The notes below the pieces were generated by a model. That model did not search any database, had not been told where the DNA came from, and worked only from the letters and a program-made list of their open reading frames with translations. A stretch of 41,681 nt of DNA from an uncultured Gammaproteobacteria bacterium (lineage in GTDB: Bacteria > Patescibacteriota > Patescibacteriia > JAGVFQ01), in the NCBI GenBank assembly GCA_964518525.1, contig CAZFGO010000001.1, positions 21,971-63,651 of the forward strand, written 5' to 3'. Position 1 is the stretch's first letter. Each line of letters begins with the position of its first letter. A program made the position numbers and the translations under genes. Of the stretch, positions 25,202 to 33,535 are shown in pieces.

Positions 25202-25233
25202 GACCAAGAAGAAATTCTTTCTTGGTCTTTTTT
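25202..25233 (+). terminator. Intrinsic terminator of the 211-aa gene
   Basis: GACCAAGAA/TTCTTGGTC stem followed by TTTTTT. Confidence 0.7.
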
Positions 25234-25240
25234 ATAATAA

Positions 25241-25275
25241 AAAAGGTGCTAACCAAATCATTGGTTGCACCTTTT
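25241..25275 (-). terminator. Intrinsic terminator of the dehydrogenase/hydratase operon
   Basis: AAAAGGTGC(t)AACCAA/TTGGTTGCACCTTTT stem, with a U-run on the minus strand. Confidence 0.65.
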
Positions 25276-25298
25276 GGGTTTGGTAATGACTACTGGAA

Positions 25299-26462
25299 TC
25301 AGAGTTGGGAGAGAATTGCTGTTCCCATCGTCTTGGTTCCGAGCAGTTTTTGATGATCATCAGAGCGTTCTTGGAAAAGGTCGTCAGTGCGATAGCCCGC
25401 CTTCAGTGTTTCTCGCACAGCATCTTCAATTGCTTGCGCTCCCAGCTCCGCGCCCAGGTGGCGGAGCATGAGGGCAGCGGTAAGAATTCGGCCGAGGGGA
25501 TTGGCTCGATCCTGGCCCGCCAGAGTCGGAGCCGTGCCCGCGCCACTTTCAAACATGGCCTGGCCAGTATCTGGATTAATGGCCGAACTACACATTAGGC
25601 CCATGCTGCCCAGAGCGCCGGCTGCGCCATCGGAAAGAATGTCACCGTGCTCATTGCCGCAGACGATGACGCCGTGAAGACTGGCTGGTTTGAAGAGCAG
25701 AGCGTTGGCCGAATCAATCAGCTGGTGATGCAGTTCCACTTCGGGAAATTCTTCTCGGCCGATCTTTGTGGCCAGATCCCGCCAGAACTTGTAGCGCGCC
25801 ATCACATTGGCTTTGTCAATAGAGATCACGGGTAGACCATTTTGTTTGGCGTAGCGAAAGGCGGCTCGAAGGCATTTTTCGATTGTCGGTCGCCGATAAT
25901 AGGCCAGTTCAGTGACTATCTCTTCGGTTCCGGTCACTTTGGCTTTGGGTTTGATTCCCAAGGCTTGACGAACTTCTTCTGGAATCTGATTCAGCAGATC
26001 AGCCGTGCCAAAGTAACTATCCTCGAGCAAGAAACGGATGAAGACTTGTTCTACGCCCGAGGGTGGAATGGTCTCGGGTCGGACATTGGCGAGCCCGGCG
26101 AGTTCAGGATAGTAGATCATGGGTCTAAAGTTGAGCAGCAGACCCATTCTTTGCCTGATTGCCAAAAGAGCCCGGGCTTCGGGCCTCATTTCGGGATGCT
26201 TTTTGCCGATCGTGTCATCATGCTTGGGATCGCCGACTCCGCCAAAAAAGAGTAGGCCGATTTCGGTCGCTTGGCGTAACGATTCCTCGGGCAAGGTATC
26301 GCCCGACTGGAAATAAGCGTTCCAGCCCATGGGCGTGGGAACAAACTCAATTTCGATTCCGTCCTTTCGAGCCGCGGCGATGGCGATACTCGTCGCCTGG
26401 GCCATCATTTCTGGCCCGGAACCATCGCCTTCAACCAGCGCGATTCTGACTTTTCTGGCCAT
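25299..26462 (-). CDS. Isopropylmalate/isocitrate/homoisocitrate dehydrogenase family protein (divergent beta-decarboxylating dehydrogenase)
   Basis: Family motifs GDGSGPE, NFRP, SYFG, IDKANV and GDILSD. Non-canonical RFLLED replaces RELTGG-type, and ESGAGTAPTLAG replaces EPVHGSAPDIAG-type. The SD is AAAGGAG. Confidence 0.75.
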   Translation of the reverse strand: MARKVRIALVEGDGSGPEMMAQATSIAIAAARKDGIEIEFVPTPMGWNAYFQSGDTLPEESLRQATEIGLLFFGGVGDPKHDDTIGKKHPEMRPEARALLAIRQRMGLLLNFRPMIYYPELAGLANVRPETIPPSGVEQVFIRFLLEDSYFGTADLLNQIPEEVRQALGIKPKAKVTGTEEIVTELAYYRRPTIEKCLRAAFRYAKQNGLPVISIDKANVMARYKFWRDLATKIGREEFPEVELHHQLIDSANALLFKPASLHGVIVCGNEHGDILSDGAAGALGSMGLMCSSAINPDTGQAMFESGAGTAPTLAGQDRANPLGRILTAALMLRHLGAELGAQAIEDAVRETLKAGYRTDDLFQERSDDHQKLLGTKTMGTAILSQL

Positions 26463-26491
26463 TCTTTTAACTCCTTTCTTTGGTTAGGAGT

Positions 26492-28438
26492 TTAGAGTAG
26501 CTCAGCGGCTAGATTGAGCATCACGCCAATGCCGCCGCCATTGTCAATCAATCTTCGTTCTAATTCGGTCAAGATGAACTTCTCAATCCTGAGATGTTTG
26601 TTTTGGCGTACCCATTCAACCTCCCCGCCATTCAAATCTGGCGCGAGGCTAACTTTGATTTCGGCTGGCTGTTCATTAAGGAGCTCCAGGACCACTGCTC
26701 GGGGGAGCGTGATGCAGAGCAATCCGTTGTTGAACATATTGCGATGGAAGATTCGGGCAAAACTCGGAGCGATGACGCAGTAAATACCAGCGGCTTCGAA
26801 CGCCCAAGGAGCTTGTTCGCGGCTTGAGCCGGAACCAAAATTCTCTCTGGCCACGATGATCTGACATTGGTGTAGTCTCAGCCTCTGATCGGCCGTCAGT
26901 TTGGCGTCTTCGAGGCAGTGTTGACCGAACAATTCTTTCTCAACTTCGCTGAGATACCTCGCAGGGATAATTTGATCGGTATCAACATTGGCTTCAGGCA
27001 GGTAGAATACCCGACCAGAGAAGTCTCTGGCTTTCCCCAGTTGTTTAGCGGCCAGTTTGGCGTAATTGATTTTGGCAGGCGGTTGGCTGGGCCATTCAGA
27101 GAATTGAACTTGAGGCGAAGTTCTATAGTGGTGGTAGCTTTCAAGCAGGTGACGGTCCGGAACAGTAATCTTTCCTTGGATCGCTGTCAGAGCGGCCGTG
27201 GCTGGAGAAGCGAGATGAACCATACCGCCCTCACCCATGCGGCCAGAGAAATTTCGGTTGGTCGTGGAAACGCAGATCTCACCTGGTGCCAACACGCCGC
27301 AACTCATGCCGAGACAAGCGCCGCAAGTGGGATTGGTAACACAACAGCCGGCTTTCATAAAGATTTCGATCAAGCCTTCTTGATTGGCTTGTTGCCAAAT
27401 GTGAGGCGTGGCTGGCACGATCACGCAGCGAATGTTTGGAGCAACGGGTCGATCCAGTTTTCTCATGACATCGGCCGCGATTCGGAGATCCTCGAGCCGG
27501 CCGTTGGTGCAGGAGCCAAGATAAACCTGGTTCACCGGCTTGCCGGCCAAATTCTCAACTGGGACCACGTCGCCTGGTGAATAGTTTTGGGTGATCACTG
27601 GTTTTAGGTCGGTCACATCGATCGTGACCACACGAGAGTGGACGCAGTCCGGGTCGCTGTTCCAGCGGGAAAGCTCCGCCAGCGCCTTCTCCGGCGAAGA
27701 GAATTCTTCTCGGAGAGTTGGCCAAAGATAACCTATGGTGGTCGAATCGACTGGAATTAAACCAGAAGTAGCTCCGGCTTCGACCGTCATATTGGTGATG
27801 GTTAGGCGAGCTTCGAGACTGAGTTCTTCAATCACTGGTCCGCCGATCTCGAGAACCGCATTGGTGGCGCCTTTGACGCCGAGCCTCTGGATCAAAGTCA
27901 AGATCAGATCCTTGGCAAAAATATTGTTGGGCAAGGTGCCGACGAAATTCACTCGAATGACTTGTTGTGGTGGACAGATCCAGAGGCCGGTCATAATGGC
28001 CGCCTCGAGATCGGTCGTGCCTACCCCAGCCGTGAAAGCGCAAAAGGCGCCGTGGGTGCAGGTGTGGCTGTCGCCCATGACGCCGATTTCGCCTGGCCGA
28101 ATCCAGCCCTTCTCGGGAATCATGGCATGGCAAATGCCATTGCGGCCGATATCCAAAAATTCGATGCCATGGAGCTGGCACCAGTCTCGGAGAATTTTGC
28201 CTTGTACGGCCGTAGCCCGATCTTTGGCTGGGCTCACGTGATCGATCAGGGCTTTGATTCGATTGGGATCAGCCACTACATCGGCTCCGCGGAACTGAGC
28301 ATCGAGAATGGCATTGGGAGTGGTAATCTCATGGCACCAAATTCGATCGAGTCTGAGCGCTAGCGAGCCGTCAGACAGAGTCTTGATTCGATGGGTCGCT
28401 ATGATTTTTTCGAACGCAGTTTTTCCGGGCATTACCAT
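26492..28438 (-). CDS. Aconitase-family hydro-lyase, fused large (LeuC/HacA-like) and small (LeuD/HacB-like) subunits
   Basis: GDSHTCTHGAF, GSCTNGRLEDL, NPTCGACLGM (Fe-S ligand Cys residues) and NRNFSGRMG. The C-terminal swivel domain has DTDQIIPARYLSEV and GSGSSREQAPWA. The likely start is the ATG at 28432, 9 nt after GGAGG. Confidence 0.85.
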   Translation of the reverse strand: MVMPGKTAFEKIIATHRIKTLSDGSLALRLDRIWCHEITTPNAILDAQFRGADVVADPNRIKALIDHVSPAKDRATAVQGKILRDWCQLHGIEFLDIGRNGICHAMIPEKGWIRPGEIGVMGDSHTCTHGAFCAFTAGVGTTDLEAAIMTGLWICPPQQVIRVNFVGTLPNNIFAKDLILTLIQRLGVKGATNAVLEIGGPVIEELSLEARLTITNMTVEAGATSGLIPVDSTTIGYLWPTLREEFSSPEKALAELSRWNSDPDCVHSRVVTIDVTDLKPVITQNYSPGDVVPVENLAGKPVNQVYLGSCTNGRLEDLRIAADVMRKLDRPVAPNIRCVIVPATPHIWQQANQEGLIEIFMKAGCCVTNPTCGACLGMSCGVLAPGEICVSTTNRNFSGRMGEGGMVHLASPATAALTAIQGKITVPDRHLLESYHHYRTSPQVQFSEWPSQPPAKINYAKLAAKQLGKARDFSGRVFYLPEANVDTDQIIPARYLSEVEKELFGQHCLEDAKLTADQRLRLHQCQIIVARENFGSGSSREQAPWAFEAAGIYCVIAPSFARIFHRNMFNNGLLCITLPRAVVLELLNEQPAEIKVSLAPDLNGGEVEWVRQNKHLRIEKFILTELERRLIDNGGGIGVMLNLAAELL

Positions 28439-28479
28439 CCTCCTTTCGTTGGTTTGTCAAAAGACCAGTTTAAGGAAAT

Positions 28480-28518
28480 TGACCAAGGGGTCAATATCAT
28501 CTTAATTTAAGATGATAG
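28480..28518. promoter_or_regulatory. Two adjacent perfect palindromes (candidate operators) upstream of the hydratase operon
   Basis: ATTGACC-aagg-GGTCAAT (28480-28497), followed immediately by ATCATCTTA-att-TAAGATGAT (28498-28518). The first overlaps a minus-strand TTGACC(-35)-16 nt-TAAACT candidate promoter. Confidence 0.5.
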
Positions 28519-28582
28519 TTAACTTTACTCTTAATTTTAATTAACTGTCAACAACTGATTTTTTCTTTAGTCATCGTTCCTC

Positions 28583-28611
28583 TTGTTATTTTCTTCTAGC
28601 CAGGGTATAAT
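28583..28611 (+). promoter_or_regulatory. Candidate uvrA promoter
   Basis: TTGTTA-17 nt-TATAAT. Confidence 0.4.
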
Positions 28612-28701
28612 GTCTTTCAATGGTCTAATTTAATTTGAAAATTAGACTATTATTTAATTAAAACTTTGGTGGCGATTAGACTAAGATTATTGAGTTAATT
28701 T

Positions 28702-31569
28702 ATGTCGAGCAAGATAAAAATCAAAGGTGCCCGGGTTCATAATCTAAAAAATATCAATTTAGAAATACCCAAGAATAAATTGACTGTGATCACTGGTTTA
28801 TCTGGTTCGGGCAAGTCTTCCTTGGCTTTTGATACCATTTACGCCGAGGGTCAGAGGCAGTACATGGGCAGCTTATCGTCTTACGCTAAACAATTTTTGG
28901 GCGTAATGGATAAGCCCGACGTTGATTCAATCGAAGGTCTTTCGCCAACGATTTCAATTGATCAGCGGAGCGTGGTTAACAATCCTCGTTCCACGGTCGG
29001 GACGGTCACTGAAATCTACGACTATCTCCGGCTGCTTTTTGCCCGGATCGGTCGGATTCACTGCCCCAACTGCAATGAAGTCGTAACTAGGCTAACCACT
29101 AAGCAGATCATTGAAAAGATTCTCGAGATACCCTTTAATACCGAAATTCTGATTCTGGCGCCGATCGTTTATAAAAAGAAGGGCGATTTTAGTTCGATCT
29201 TGGAAAAGGCCAAAAGATCGCATCTCTCAAGAATTCGCCTTGATGGTGAGATTTATGATTTGAGGGCCGCGGATCACTTGCTGATTGATAAGCAGCAGGA
29301 ACACACGATTGAATTGGTAGTTGATCAGCTGAAGATTCCCAATAAGAGTTTGGTTTTGAAAAATCATAATTTTAATGCCGGCTCAAAGCAATTTGTTAAG
29401 TCGCTCGAGATGGCCTTGGATTGGGGCGATGGTTTGCTTACGATCAAGCGGCTTGATCAGAGCGAAGAATTATTTTTCAGTCAAAATTTTTCTTGTCTCA
29501 GATGCGGTCTCAATTGGCCCGAAATTGATCTTCGTAGTTTTTCTTTTAATTCACCATACGGCGCTTGTCCGGCCTGCTCAGGCCTCGGTACCAAACTAGA
29601 AGTTGATCCCGAGCTCGTGATTCCAAATCCGCGCCTGACCCTAGCCCAGGGAGCGATTAGGCCTTGGGTGAAGATTACGGCCAATCAAAATTTTAATCAC
29701 AAAATTTTAAAATTAGTAGCGGCCAAAGCTGGTTTTTCGCTTGATTCAGTTTGGGAGCAACTTTTGCCCAAGCAAAAGAAACTAGTTTTATTTGGCACGG
29801 GCGAGGAACGTTACGAAATCGAAGGCGAGAGTTATCGCTTCGAAGGAGTCATTCCGCTTCTTGAAAGAAAATATCGCGAGACCGATTCGGAATATCTGCG
29901 CAAAGAAATAGAAAATTATATGCGGGCTTCGGTTTGTCCGACTTGTCAGGGAAAGCGGCTTAAGGCGGAGAGTCTAGCCGTTAAGGTTGGCGGTTTTTCG
30001 ATCGCCGAGGTGGTTGCCTTACCGCTGGGAAGTCTGCCACAATTTTTGAAAGATTTGTTTAGCGATCAGGTCAAAGAAAAAAATGATCAATTATCGGCCA
30101 CGGATCAGCGAATCGGCCAGCCGATCATCAAGGAGATTATTCGGCGATTGGAAAATATCATCAAGGTTGGGCTGGAATATTTAACATTGGAGCGCGGGAC
30201 AAATAGTTTATCGGGCGGCGAGATGCAGCGGATTCGTTTGGCTACTCAGATTGGTTCGTCGCTGACCGATTTGATTTATATTCTTGATGAACCATCGATT
30301 GGTCTACACCAGTGCGATAACGATAAATTGATCGCCACCTTAAAGAGATTAAGAGACCAGGGCAATACGATAGTGGTAGTGGAACACGATGAAGCGATTA
30401 TGCGTTTGGCTGATTACCTGATCGACATTGGACCAGGCGCTGGTGCTCTGGGCGGCGAAGTAGTGGCGCTGGGGACAGTGAGTGATTTGATAAAAAATAA
30501 AGATTCTCTGACTGGCCAATACCTCTCGCACAAACTGGAAATTGAACTGCCCAAGAAATATCGATCGGGCAATGGTAAGAGTTTGGTTATTAAGGGCGCC
30601 AGTGAGTTTAATTTAAAAAATATTGAGGTTCGAATTCCCCTCGGTAAATTTGTCTGCGTTACTGGCGTTTCCGGTTCAGGCAAATCAACTCTGATCACTG
30701 AAATCTTGTCCAAGGCCTTGGCCCGTCACTTTTACCGCGCCAAGGATTTACCGGGCAAGCATAAATCAATTAGTGGTCTGGATTATTTGGATAAAGTTAT
30801 TACCATTGATCAATCGCCGATTGGTCGAACACCCCGTTCTAACCCGGCGACTTATACTGGCGTTTTCACCTACATCCGTGATCTTTTCACCGAAGTGCCC
30901 GAGGCTAAGCTCAAGGGCTATGACGCGGGTAAATTTAGTTTCAACGTCATCGGCGGCCGTTGCGAGACTTGCTCCGGCGATGGTTTTGTTAAGATCGAGA
31001 TGCAATTCCTGCCCGATGTTTATATCGAATGCGAGGAGTGTCATGGCAAACGTTATGGGCGCGAAGCGCTTGAGATTCATTACAAAGAGAAAACCATTGC
31101 TGATGTTTTGAATCTAACGGTCGAAGAAGCTCGAGTTTTTTTTCGGGACACGCCGATAATTTATGAGAAGTTGATGACACTCTTTGATGTCGGTCTGGGT
31201 TATATCAAACTTGGTCAGCCGGCCACGACGCTCTCCGGCGGTGAAGCTCAGCGAGTAAAATTAGCCACTGAGCTCTCGCGCCGCTCGACTGGCAAGACGC
31301 TCTACATCCTCGATGAACCGACCACAGGTTTGCATTTTGATGATATCAGGCATCTGCTCCAGGTTCTTCAGAAATTGGTCGATAAAGGCAACACGGTGCT
31401 GATCATCGAACACAATCTCGACGTGATCAAATGCGCTGATTGGGTCATTGACCTGGGGCCGGAAGGCGGTGAGCAGGGCGGTTACCTCGTGGCCGAGGGA
31501 ACGCCGAAGGAGATCGCCAAGGTTAAAAAGAGTTACACCGGGCAATATTTGAAGAGAATCTTATCATAA
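28702..31569 (+). CDS. uvrA: Excinuclease ABC subunit A
   Basis: 955 aa. Two ABC ATPase modules (GLSGSGKSSL, GVSGSGKSTL; LSGGEMQR, LSGGEAQR) and Zn-finger CxxC pairs. Confidence 0.95.
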   Translation: MSSKIKIKGARVHNLKNINLEIPKNKLTVITGLSGSGKSSLAFDTIYAEGQRQYMGSLSSYAKQFLGVMDKPDVDSIEGLSPTISIDQRSVVNNPRSTVGTVTEIYDYLRLLFARIGRIHCPNCNEVVTRLTTKQIIEKILEIPFNTEILILAPIVYKKKGDFSSILEKAKRSHLSRIRLDGEIYDLRAADHLLIDKQQEHTIELVVDQLKIPNKSLVLKNHNFNAGSKQFVKSLEMALDWGDGLLTIKRLDQSEELFFSQNFSCLRCGLNWPEIDLRSFSFNSPYGACPACSGLGTKLEVDPELVIPNPRLTLAQGAIRPWVKITANQNFNHKILKLVAAKAGFSLDSVWEQLLPKQKKLVLFGTGEERYEIEGESYRFEGVIPLLERKYRETDSEYLRKEIENYMRASVCPTCQGKRLKAESLAVKVGGFSIAEVVALPLGSLPQFLKDLFSDQVKEKNDQLSATDQRIGQPIIKEIIRRLENIIKVGLEYLTLERGTNSLSGGEMQRIRLATQIGSSLTDLIYILDEPSIGLHQCDNDKLIATLKRLRDQGNTIVVVEHDEAIMRLADYLIDIGPGAGALGGEVVALGTVSDLIKNKDSLTGQYLSHKLEIELPKKYRSGNGKSLVIKGASEFNLKNIEVRIPLGKFVCVTGVSGSGKSTLITEILSKALARHFYRAKDLPGKHKSISGLDYLDKVITIDQSPIGRTPRSNPATYTGVFTYIRDLFTEVPEAKLKGYDAGKFSFNVIGGRCETCSGDGFVKIEMQFLPDVYIECEECHGKRYGREALEIHYKEKTIADVLNLTVEEARVFFRDTPIIYEKLMTLFDVGLGYIKLGQPATTLSGGEAQRVKLATELSRRSTGKTLYILDEPTTGLHFDDIRHLLQVLQKLVDKGNTVLIIEHNLDVIKCADWVIDLGPEGGEQGGYLVAEGTPKEIAKVKKSYTGQYLKRILS

Positions 31570-31579
31570 ATAATAGCAA

Positions 31580-31610
31580 GGGGCGGGTTTGAAACCCGCC
31601 CCGATTTTTT
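31580..31610. terminator. Bidirectional intrinsic terminator between uvrA and rplS
   Basis: GGGGCGGGT-ttgaa-ACCCGCCCC stem followed by GATTTTTT. Confidence 0.8.
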
Positions 31611-31953
31611 ATTTAACCGCGAATTCTTTTAACTTCTTTTTATAATCGCGCAAGTAATAAAGCTTGGCTCGTCGCACTTTAGCCTGTTTTGTAATTTCGA
31701 TTTTGGTAATGGTCGGTAAGTTAATCGGAAAGATTCTCTCAACGCCAACGCCGTTAGAAATTTTTCGAACGGTGATGGTGGCGTTTGGTCTCTGCCGGCC
31801 GCTCTTGGCCAAGACTAAACCTTCGAAGACCTGGATTCGTTCTTTTTCTTTTCCTTCTTCACCCGAGATTTCTTTGATCTTTTGGTGAACTCGAATGGTT
31901 TGACCCGGTTTTATCTCCGGCACTATTCTTTCAACTGGCTTAGTTTCGGCCAT
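31609..31953 (-). CDS. rplS: 50S ribosomal protein L19
   Basis: [26 protein letters not shown] and RRAKLYYLR. Confidence 0.92.
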   Translation of the reverse strand: MAETKPVERIVPEIKPGQTIRVHQKIKEISGEEGKEKERIQVFEGLVLAKSGRQRPNATITVRKISNGVGVERIFPINLPTITKIEITKQAKVRRAKLYYLRDYKKKLKEFAVK

Positions 31954-32022
31954 AAAAATGATTAAATCAAAAGTTATTAAATAAATAAACCGCCATGGGC
32001 GGAATGAGCTAGTCTGATTTTA

Positions 32023-32601
32023 TTATAAGGGTTTTAAATTGTCAAGCAATTTTTTGATTAAGCGATTAATGATCTTAATTGTTTGGCTAAGCCTTCCTTC
32101 GTGGTTTAGAATTAGAAAATCAAATTTCGGAGCCAATTGAATTTCTCTCCGTACCGACTCCAGGCGGATTTTTAATTCCTGATTAGTGACCCCACCGCGT
32201 TTGATTAGTCGTCGGGCTAGATTGTCGATTGGTTGGGGTTTGATAAAAATTATTTTGGCCCAAGGTAATTTCTTTTGATAAGTCAGCGCGCCCTGAACAT
32301 CGATGATCAAGAGCGGCGTTTTATTTTGGCGCCAGATTCGTTTGATTTCTTCAAACGAATTACCATAGTAGTGGTTATAGACCTTGGCCCATTCAATTAA
32401 TTCCCGCCGCCTAATCTTTTGTTTGAAAGCTGGTTCGGAGATAAAGTAATAATCGCGATTAGCCTTTTCTCGGTCCCGTTTTTCTCTAGTGGTGTAGGTG
32501 ATTACCCTGGCCAGCTTTTTATTTTTTCGGAGTAGGGCTAAGCCAATCGTGGTCTTACCTGAAGCTGAGGGTCCGGTGATAATAATTAGTTTAGGTTTCA
32601 T
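32023..32601 (-). CDS. gmk: Guanylate kinase
   Basis: P-loop GPSASGKTT, TTREKR, DYYFIS and LIEWAKVYNHYYGNS. Confidence 0.85.
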   Translation of the reverse strand: MKPKLIIITGPSASGKTTIGLALLRKNKKLARVITYTTREKRDREKANRDYYFISEPAFKQKIRRRELIEWAKVYNHYYGNSFEEIKRIWRQNKTPLLIIDVQGALTYQKKLPWAKIIFIKPQPIDNLARRLIKRGGVTNQELKIRLESVRREIQLAPKFDFLILNHEGRLSQTIKIINRLIKKLLDNLKPL

Positions 32602-33535
32602 AATTTTTTAGGAATTTATTTAACTCCTCGGTCAGATCCGACTTGAATTCGAGCCAGTGACCTGCCAAATCACTAAATCCTAGAAGAGCGGAATGGAGGA
32701 AGAGTCGATTAATTCTAATTGGTTTAATATTTTTGGGCCGGTAGAGCTGATCGCCGACCACAGGGTGACCGAAAGCCAGAAGGTGAACTCGGATTTGATG
32801 AGTCCGACCGGTTTTGATCTTGACTCTAAGCAGAGTTAAATTTTTGTAACGTTTAATAACTTCGAATTCAGTGAAAGCCGGTTTGCTTTTCTCTCGGGCG
32901 GTTTTGGCTCGAGCGGCCATTTTGCCGCTTGACGCTCGGCCGATGGGCAGATTGATTGAGCCTTCATTTTTTTTGATCTCGCCGTAAACTAGAGCGAAAT
33001 ATTCTTTTTTTATTTTCCTTTCTTGAAATTGTTTTTTGAGGTGGTCAAAGGCTGCCTGAGTTTTGGCCACCACCATTAATCCCGAGACATCCTTGTCCAA
33101 TCGCTGAACCAGACCGGGGCGAGCCGGATCTTCACCGATCTTCGAAAGAGCCGGCTCATAAGCCAAAAGGTAATCAACCAGAGTGAGCTCTTTAATTCCA
33201 GCGGCCGGATGTACGGCTAAGCCAGCCGGTTTATTTAGAACAATAAAGTTTTGATCTTCGAAAACCAGGTAATTTTTAAATTGTTGAGCCAGTGTTTCGA
33301 GTTCAGCCCGAGCTTCGATTTTCGGTCGGAGGAGCGGTTCAATAGTTATTCGATCGTCGAGTTTCAGAAAATAATGTGGCGCGACCACTTTTTGATTTAT
33401 TAGAACTAGCCCCTGTTTGATCATCTTCTGAATTTCCGATCGAGAGATTGATTTAATTTTTTGAGTCAAGAATTTATCTAACCGTTGGCCCTGATCAGCA
33501 GTTTGAATAATGAAGGTTGAAGTGGGGGCAAACAT
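32591..33535 (-). CDS. rluD: RluA/RluD-family 23S rRNA pseudouridine synthase
   Basis: N-terminal S4-like domain, HRLD-type VQRLDKDVSGLMVVAK, and GRTHQIRVHL. Confidence 0.85.
   Translation of the reverse strand: MFAPTSTFIIQTADQGQRLDKFLTQKIKSISRSEIQKMIKQGLVLINQKVVAPHYFLKLDDRITIEPLLRPKIEARAELETLAQQFKNYLVFEDQNFIVLNKPAGLAVHPAAGIKELTLVDYLLAYEPALSKIGEDPARPGLVQRLDKDVSGLMVVAKTQAAFDHLKKQFQERKIKKEYFALVYGEIKKNEGSINLPIGRASSGKMAARAKTAREKSKPAFTEFEVIKRYKNLTLLRVKIKTGRTHQIRVHLLAFGHPVVGDQLYRPKNIKPIRINRLFLHSALLGFSDLAGHWLEFKSDLTEELNKFLKNYET

Noticed and set aside
25265-28505. Many long ORFs antisense to, or out of frame with, the dehydrogenase and hydratase genes (for example 26918-27580 + 220 aa, 27735-28241 + 168 aa, 25842-26255 + 137 aa).
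   Set aside because: They lie inside two ORFs with unmistakable enzyme motifs. They have low-complexity Arg/Ala/Gly/Pro-rich translations. They are the expected stop-codon-poor artefact of G+C-rich DNA.
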